Assembly (NCBI GenBank): GCA_040394705.1
Contig: JBEBRS010000001.1
Location: forward strand, 1-41,646
Direction of reading: 5' to 3'
Origin: Leadbetterella byssophila
GTDB taxonomy: Bacteria; Bacteroidota; Bacteroidia; Cytophagales; Spirosomataceae
DNA: 41,646 nt
The position numbers were made by a program, and so were the translations under genes. Under the pieces are notes generated by a model, which did no database searches, was not told the DNA's origin, and worked only from the letters and a program-made list of their open reading frames with translations. Every line of letters begins with the position of its first letter. The first letter of the stretch is position 1. Below, piece after piece: positions 36,530-41,646 of the stretch.

Positions 36530-37717
36530 TTAATTGCGTGTGAGCAGGGCCATGTAGAAGCCGTCAAATCCCGTTTCGGAAGGCCAGATCTGGTGATCTT
36601 TTACCAGGGTAAACGCCCGGTTTTCTTCCAGAAATGCATCTACCTGCTTCCTGTTTTCAGAGGGCAGAAGAGAGCAGGTGGCATAAACCATCTTTCCCCC
36701 GGGTTTCAGCATACCGCTATATTCCTTTAGAATCTTTTGCTGCACTTCCCGGATTTCCCGGATAAAATCTACCGTTAAGCGCTCTTTCGCATCCGGGTTC
36801 CGTTTAATCACGCCCGTTCCGGAGCAGGGCACATCCAGCAGCAAATAATCGGCCTCCCCGGCATACTTTTGAAGCAGGGCTTCACTCACCAGGCCGGTTT
36901 CCACGATACTCACCTTGTTTCTTTCGGCGCGGCGCAGCAGTTCTTTCAATTTCGGCTCCTCCACATCCATGGCCAGAATCCGCCCTTTATTCCCCATTAA
37001 ATCGGCCAGGTGCAGGGTTTTCCCGCCCGCGCCCGCGCAGGCGTCCACCACCAATGCCCCCGGCTCAGGATGAAGAAACTCCGCGATCTGCTGACTGCCC
37101 GCGTCCTGGATCTCAAACCCACCCCTTCTGAATTCTTCCGTAAGGGTCAGGTTGGCTCTTTTCAACAGGCGAAGCCCCGCCCGCGCCGTCTCCACCCGCT
37201 CCGTTTCTATCTCTTTTTTCTTCAGTGCTTCCTGCAATTTTTCCCTGGAAAATATCCGGAGATTTACCCTAAGGTACACTTCCGCTGGCACACTCATGGC
37301 CTCCAGTTCCCTGTACCACCGTTCAGGTCCCAGCTCGGAAAGCATCCCCTCATTCAAAGCATCCGGTACAGAAAACCGGATCGCAGGCTCCGTCACCTCT
37401 GCCCTCTCCCTGATCCGGTCGGGGTCCAGGCCGGCAAAATAAACGGATTCGTCATGATGCCCCTTTATAATCAGCCAGGCACCTATCAGCGCACTGATCT
37501 CCGTCCTCCCTTCCAGGCAATAGACCAACAAACGCTTATTGCGTACAATCTCGTACGTGTTTTCAGCCACAAAATTCCGGTCGCGGCTTCCCCATTTCGG
37601 ATGCGCTTTCAAGAGAGCCGGAACCACCTGGTCCGATTTCTTCCCCTCTTCAAAGATCAGGCTCAGTGCGTCTTCCATTCCGCGCAGCAGGGGGAGGTGT
37701 AATTTTATTTTTTTCAA
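36530..37717 (-). CDS. RsmB/NOP-family RNA m5C methyltransferase
   Basis: QDAGSQ, DACAGAGGKT, DVPCSGTG and YATCS motifs. Confidence 0.93.
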   Translation of the reverse strand: MKKIKLHLPLLRGMEDALSLIFEEGKKSDQVVPALLKAHPKWGSRDRNFVAENTYEIVRNKRLLVYCLEGRTEISALIGAWLIIKGHHDESVYFAGLDPDRIRERAEVTEPAIRFSVPDALNEGMLSELGPERWYRELEAMSVPAEVYLRVNLRIFSREKLQEALKKKEIETERVETARAGLRLLKRANLTLTEEFRRGGFEIQDAGSQQIAEFLHPEPGALVVDACAGAGGKTLHLADLMGNKGRILAMDVEEPKLKELLRRAERNKVSIVETGLVSEALLQKYAGEADYLLLDVPCSGTGVIKRNPDAKERLTVDFIREIREVQQKILKEYSGMLKPGGKMVYATCSLLPSENRKQVDAFLEENRAFTLVKDHQIWPSETGFDGFYMALLTRN

Positions 37718-37823
37718 AACCGTTCACTCAATCAATTCGCAATTTAAACAACCTAACCGTTTTTTATCTTGTTAAAACCAACTAATTTTGTAATAACCGT
37801 CTGGCGAAAGAAAAACGAAATTT

Positions 37824-38243
37824 ATGATTTCCAAAAAGGCAAAATACGCGTTAAAAGCACTCACTAAGCTGGCTTTGAATTACGAGACCCGTAAACCTCT
37901 GCTTATAAGTGAGATATCGGAATCCGAACATATACCCAAGAAATTCCTGGAAGCCATCTTGCTGGAACTCAGAAATAACGGAATCCTGCAAAGTCAGAAA
38001 GGAAAAGGCGGCGGCTACCTGCTGAAACTTCCGCCCCAGGATGTGAAGATAGCCCGGATTATCCGGGTTATTGACGGCCCCATTGCGCCGTTACTGTGTG
38101 TATCACTGAATTTTTACGACAGATGCGAAGACTGTATCAGTGAGGAAATTTGTAGAATACGGCCCCTGATGCAGCAAATCAGGGATGCCAACCTGAAAGT
38201 GTATGACAACACCACATTAGAAGATTTAACACGAAATGTTTAA
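37824..38243 (+). CDS. Rrf2-family regulator (4-Cys type)
   Basis: IPKKFLEAIL, SQKGKGGGY, IDGPIAP and CVSLNFYDRCEDC...C motifs; TAATTTTG box at 37783-90. Confidence 0.92.
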   Translation: MISKKAKYALKALTKLALNYETRKPLLISEISESEHIPKKFLEAILLELRNNGILQSQKGKGGGYLLKLPPQDVKIARIIRVIDGPIAPLLCVSLNFYDRCEDCISEEICRIRPLMQQIRDANLKVYDNTTLEDLTRNV

Positions 38244-39585
38244 GAGTATCAATCCCTACCTGCAAGAGGTAGTGGCTGAATTTGAGCCGGAGAGCCACCC
38301 CGGCGCCCGGGTTGAACGGGCCTCCGCCGCGTTTATTTCCTGGTCGGATGCCCCTTTAAGCGAACGAAAAAACCGCATGCTCGCTTTTGCAGACGTATTG
38401 GAAAAGCACAAGGAAGAATATGCCCGGACCATCACCGCGGAGATGGGAAAGTTGCTGCGGGAAGCCGTGGCAGAAGTGGAAAAATGTATCGTAACCACCC
38501 GCTTTTACGTAGAAGAGGCCGACACTTACCTGTCGCCGGTCACCGTACATTCTTCCCACGAGAAGGCCTGGTATGCCCCCGAACCTATTGGACCGGTGCT
38601 GGCCATCATGCCCTGGAATTTTCCTTTCTGGCAGGCCCTCCGCTTCGCCGTTCCTAATCTCCTCCTCGGAAATACGGTCATCCTCAAACACGCTTCCAAC
38701 GTGTTGGGGTCTGCCGCAGATATAGACAAGGCCTTCCGCGAAGCCGGTTTTCCCGAAGGTGTATTTCAGTCGATCAACCTTCACTCTTCCCGTATAGAAA
38801 CGCTGATTGGCCATACCGGCATCAAAGGCGTTACCCTCACCGGTAGCGGACCCGCCGGCGCCAGTGTAGCCGCCCTGTCCGGGAAATACCTGAAAAAGTC
38901 GGTTCTGGAGCTGGGCGGCTCAGACCCCTTTGTCGTCTTGCGCGACGCCGACCTCGATGCCGCCGCCGAAAAAGCCGTAAAATCACGCTTTCAGAATGCA
39001 GGCCAAACCTGTATTGCGGCCAAAAGATGGATTGTAGAAGACGCTATATACCACGAGTTCCGGGAAAATGTGCTACAAAGGGTGGCCGCGCTGGAGCCGG
39101 GAGATCCGCTCCTGCCCGCTACTACCCTGGCGCCTCTAGCCCGCTTAGACCTCGCCGAAACCCTGGAAGCACAGGTAAAAGACCTGGTCAGGCAGGGGGC
39201 TGTTTCCCTCACGCGCTGGGGGCGCGACCGCTGCCTGCTGGCACCCCAGGTGCTGGAAGTACCGCGCGCACTTGCCGCATCGTATACCGAAGAAGTATTC
39301 GGCCCCGTGGGTTTCCTTATCCGGGCATCCGACGCCCAAGAAGCCATCGCCATCGCCAATGAAACGCCATTCGGACTCGGTGCCTCACTCTGGACGCGCG
39401 ACCGGGAGAAAGGAGTGGAATGGATGCAAAAAATCAGGTCCGGCTCCGTATTCCTAAACGGAATGGTCAAATCAGAAGGACCCGTACCCTTCGGCGGCAC
39501 GGGCGAAAGCGGCTACGGCCGGGAATTGGGTCTCTTTGGAATACAGGAATTTGCCAATATCAAATCGTACGTTATCAAACAGTAA
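38236..39585 (+). CDS. NAD(P)-dependent succinate-semialdehyde dehydrogenase (Sad type)
   Basis: IMPWNFPFWQ, LKHASN, LTGS, LELGGSDP, NAGQTCIAAKR and EEVFGP motifs. Confidence 0.88.
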   Translation: MFKSINPYLQEVVAEFEPESHPGARVERASAAFISWSDAPLSERKNRMLAFADVLEKHKEEYARTITAEMGKLLREAVAEVEKCIVTTRFYVEEADTYLSPVTVHSSHEKAWYAPEPIGPVLAIMPWNFPFWQALRFAVPNLLLGNTVILKHASNVLGSAADIDKAFREAGFPEGVFQSINLHSSRIETLIGHTGIKGVTLTGSGPAGASVAALSGKYLKKSVLELGGSDPFVVLRDADLDAAAEKAVKSRFQNAGQTCIAAKRWIVEDAIYHEFRENVLQRVAALEPGDPLLPATTLAPLARLDLAETLEAQVKDLVRQGAVSLTRWGRDRCLLAPQVLEVPRALAASYTEEVFGPVGFLIRASDAQEAIAIANETPFGLGASLWTRDREKGVEWMQKIRSGSVFLNGMVKSEGPVPFGGTGESGYGRELGLFGIQEFANIKSYVIKQ

Positions 39586-39598
39586 ACTATCATAATCT

Positions 39599-40066
39599 AT
39601 GGAAAACATCAGACCCACCTTTTTAACTGTGCTCTGTATCCTTACTTTTATTGGCAGCGGATGGAGTATTTACAGCGGTATCAACAATTATTACACCGCC
39701 GATGTCTCGTACGGCATAGTGAATGAACAATTTGAACGGGTACAGGAAGAAATTGGCGACCAGGAGGGCGCGGAAATAGCCGGCCAGCTATTGCAGTCTA
39801 TCGGTGACTCCATGACGCCCGAAAAGATCAAAGACAGTGGCATAGCCACCGCCATCACCAGCCTGATCACCCTGATAGGCGCTATTCTCATGTGGGGATT
39901 GAGAAAAACAGGTTTTTACGTATACGTGACTGGTGCCGTGGCCGCCATTATTGCTCCGATCACCATATTCGGTGGATTCGCGGGGGCAATGGCTTCGGGC
40001 GGCGCCGCCTTCGCAGGTATCCTGTTTATCATTTTGTACGCCCTGAACCTGAAACACTTGCGATAA
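39599..40066 (+). CDS. Hypothetical 4-TM membrane protein
   Basis: RPTFLTVLCILTFIG N-terminus and GAILMWGLRKTGF; fills the gap in a co-oriented run. Confidence 0.8.
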   Translation: MENIRPTFLTVLCILTFIGSGWSIYSGINNYYTADVSYGIVNEQFERVQEEIGDQEGAEIAGQLLQSIGDSMTPEKIKDSGIATAITSLITLIGAILMWGLRKTGFYVYVTGAVAAIIAPITIFGGFAGAMASGGAAFAGILFIILYALNLKHLR

Positions 40067-40069
40067 ACC

Positions 40070-41473
40070 TTGAATTTTTTTGAAGAGCAACTGCTCGGCT
40101 ACTTTCATCTCCCCCCCACTTCCGGACAAAAAGCGCTGTTCCGGAAGTGGGGGCATTTTATGGAAGATGAGAGCGAACGGTCCGTCTTCATCCTCAGGGG
40201 CTATGCCGGAACGGGAAAGACTTCCGTGCTTGACGCCTTCATAAAAGCCGCGCCCTCCCTGGGTTTTGCGGTCTTCCTGATGGCCCCTACCGGTCGCGCA
40301 GCCAAGGTCATGAACCATTACACCGGTCGTTATGCCTCCACCATTCACCGTAAAATTTATACCCAAAATGAAGATCCGGGTACCGGCTCACTGGCTTTCA
40401 AACTTCAAAAAAACAAAGAAGAAGACACCGTTTATATCGTAGACGAGGCCTCCATGATCTCCGAACTCGGAGAAATGGGATCCAACGGGTTACTTCGCGA
40501 CCTCGTATCGTATGTTTTTTCAGGGAAGAACAACAAACTCCTGCTGATAGGCGACGAAGCCCAGCTCCCCCCCGTCAATCTGCCCCTCAGCCCTGCCCTG
40601 GATATACGGCACATGGAAGGGTACTATCACGCCCGGGTATTCGGCCACACACTGACCGAAGTCATGCGCCAGAACGCCGGATCGGGCATCCTGAAAAACG
40701 CCACAGACCTGAGAGGCCTGCTCGGAAAAGAAGAAATCCGCGTACAGCTCCATACCCGCGGTTTCCCCGATATATTCCGCATGACCAGCGAACGCATTGA
40801 AGACGGTATCCGCTACGCATACGACAAATACGGACAGGAAAATACCATCGTACTGACCCAATCCAACAAAAATGCCGTTCTCTACAACCAGTTTATCCGC
40901 AACAGGATCAATTATTCCGACTCGGAAATTGACAATGCCGATATCCTGATGGTGGTCAAAAACAATTACAACACCCTCAGCCCCGAGTCTCAGGCCGGTT
41001 TCCTGGCCAACGGAGAATTTGTAAAAGTAAAACGCCTTGGCCGTGAAGAAGAAATGCACGGTTTCCGCTTTCTGAATGTCACTTTATCCCTCGTCGATTA
41101 TCCTGACGATCCCGAATTCGACACCCTCATCCTTCTGGACACCCTCTATTCCCCTACACCGAGCCTGACTCAGGAACAAAACCAACATCTTTACGAAAGC
41201 GTTACAAATGACTATCAATGGGTAAAATCTGCCCGGGAACGCAAAAAAATGGTACGCGAAGACAAGTACATGAACGCCCTCCAGGTAAAGTTTGCGTATG
41301 CCCTCACCTGCCATAAAGCCCAGGGCGGACAATGGGATGCGGTATTCATCGACCAGTTTTACCTGCGGGAAGATGCACAAACTCCGGAATTTGTACGCTG
41401 GCTGTACACCGCCCTCACCCGAGGCATTAAAGAAGTGTTCCTGATCAATTTTCAGGACAAGTTTTTTGCATAA
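40070..41473 (+). CDS. RecD-like SF1 ATP-dependent DNA helicase
   Basis: GYAGTGKT, APTGRAAK, TIHRKIY, VDEASM, GDEAQLPP, YALTCHKAQG and YTALTR motifs. Confidence 0.93.
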   Translation: MNFFEEQLLGYFHLPPTSGQKALFRKWGHFMEDESERSVFILRGYAGTGKTSVLDAFIKAAPSLGFAVFLMAPTGRAAKVMNHYTGRYASTIHRKIYTQNEDPGTGSLAFKLQKNKEEDTVYIVDEASMISELGEMGSNGLLRDLVSYVFSGKNNKLLLIGDEAQLPPVNLPLSPALDIRHMEGYYHARVFGHTLTEVMRQNAGSGILKNATDLRGLLGKEEIRVQLHTRGFPDIFRMTSERIEDGIRYAYDKYGQENTIVLTQSNKNAVLYNQFIRNRINYSDSEIDNADILMVVKNNYNTLSPESQAGFLANGEFVKVKRLGREEEMHGFRFLNVTLSLVDYPDDPEFDTLILLDTLYSPTPSLTQEQNQHLYESVTNDYQWVKSARERKKMVREDKYMNALQVKFAYALTCHKAQGGQWDAVFIDQFYLREDAQTPEFVRWLYTALTRGIKEVFLINFQDKFFA

Positions 41474-41478
41474 GACCC

Positions 41479-41530
41479 ACTCACTACTCACTACTAACTA
41501 CTCGCTACTCGGCACTCAGCACTCGGAACT
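41479..41530 (+). repeat. Degenerate heptamer tandem repeat (ACTNNNN x7 plus ACT)
   Basis: ACTCACT ACTCACT ACTAACT ACTCGCT ACTCGGC ACTCAGC ACTCGGA ACT. Confidence 0.85.
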
Positions 41531-41627
41531 AAATTTACACACGAAAAACGACTAAATCCATTGGACAACCACGCTTCTGTATTATCTTTGCACTTCGATA
41601 AACAAATCGAAATCTCTTCGCATTAAA

Positions 41628-41646
41628 ATGCCAAAAAATCCAAGTA
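41628..41646 (+). CDS. Start of the next gene (MPKNPS...), truncated; resembles Bacteroidota CarB N-termini
   Basis: TATCTTTG box at 41583-90 then an A-rich leader and ATG; only 6 codons visible. Confidence 0.35.

Overview
A gene-dense chromosomal window from a Bacteroidota bacterium, likely Cytophagales, inferred from recurring TAnnTTTG -7 promoter boxes and the protein families. It opens with the 5' half of tRNA-Ser(GCT) and ruvC. A clade II (Sec/lipoprotein-type) N2O reductase cluster follows (cyt c-nosZ-nosB-nosL-nosD-nosF-extra membrane gene-nosY) with a divergent Rrf2 regulator. Next come a SatD/DUF3307 pair, housekeeping genes (dapA, ispF, surE, ppx, phhA, NFACT, RsmB-like, RecD-like), a RES-Xre toxin-antitoxin pair, a TauE plus persulfide dioxygenase-rhodanese pair, and a DUF2723/Wzy-like/GT4 glycosylation neighbourhood. 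The most striking unexplained signals are: (1) four palindromes TATCRT-N8-AYGATA at an exact 28-bp period abutting the promoter of a nucleotide-cyclase-like HTH protein (SatD) that is translationally coupled to a His/Asp-rich membrane protein, a candidate uncharacterised signalling or defence module; (2) a His-rich membrane gene inserted in the nosDFY transporter operon; (3) a shared leader/repeat element with heptamer tracts upstream of two unrelated dehydrogenases; (4) a 52-aa ORF missed by the ORF track. Family assignments come from motif recognition only; no searches were run.
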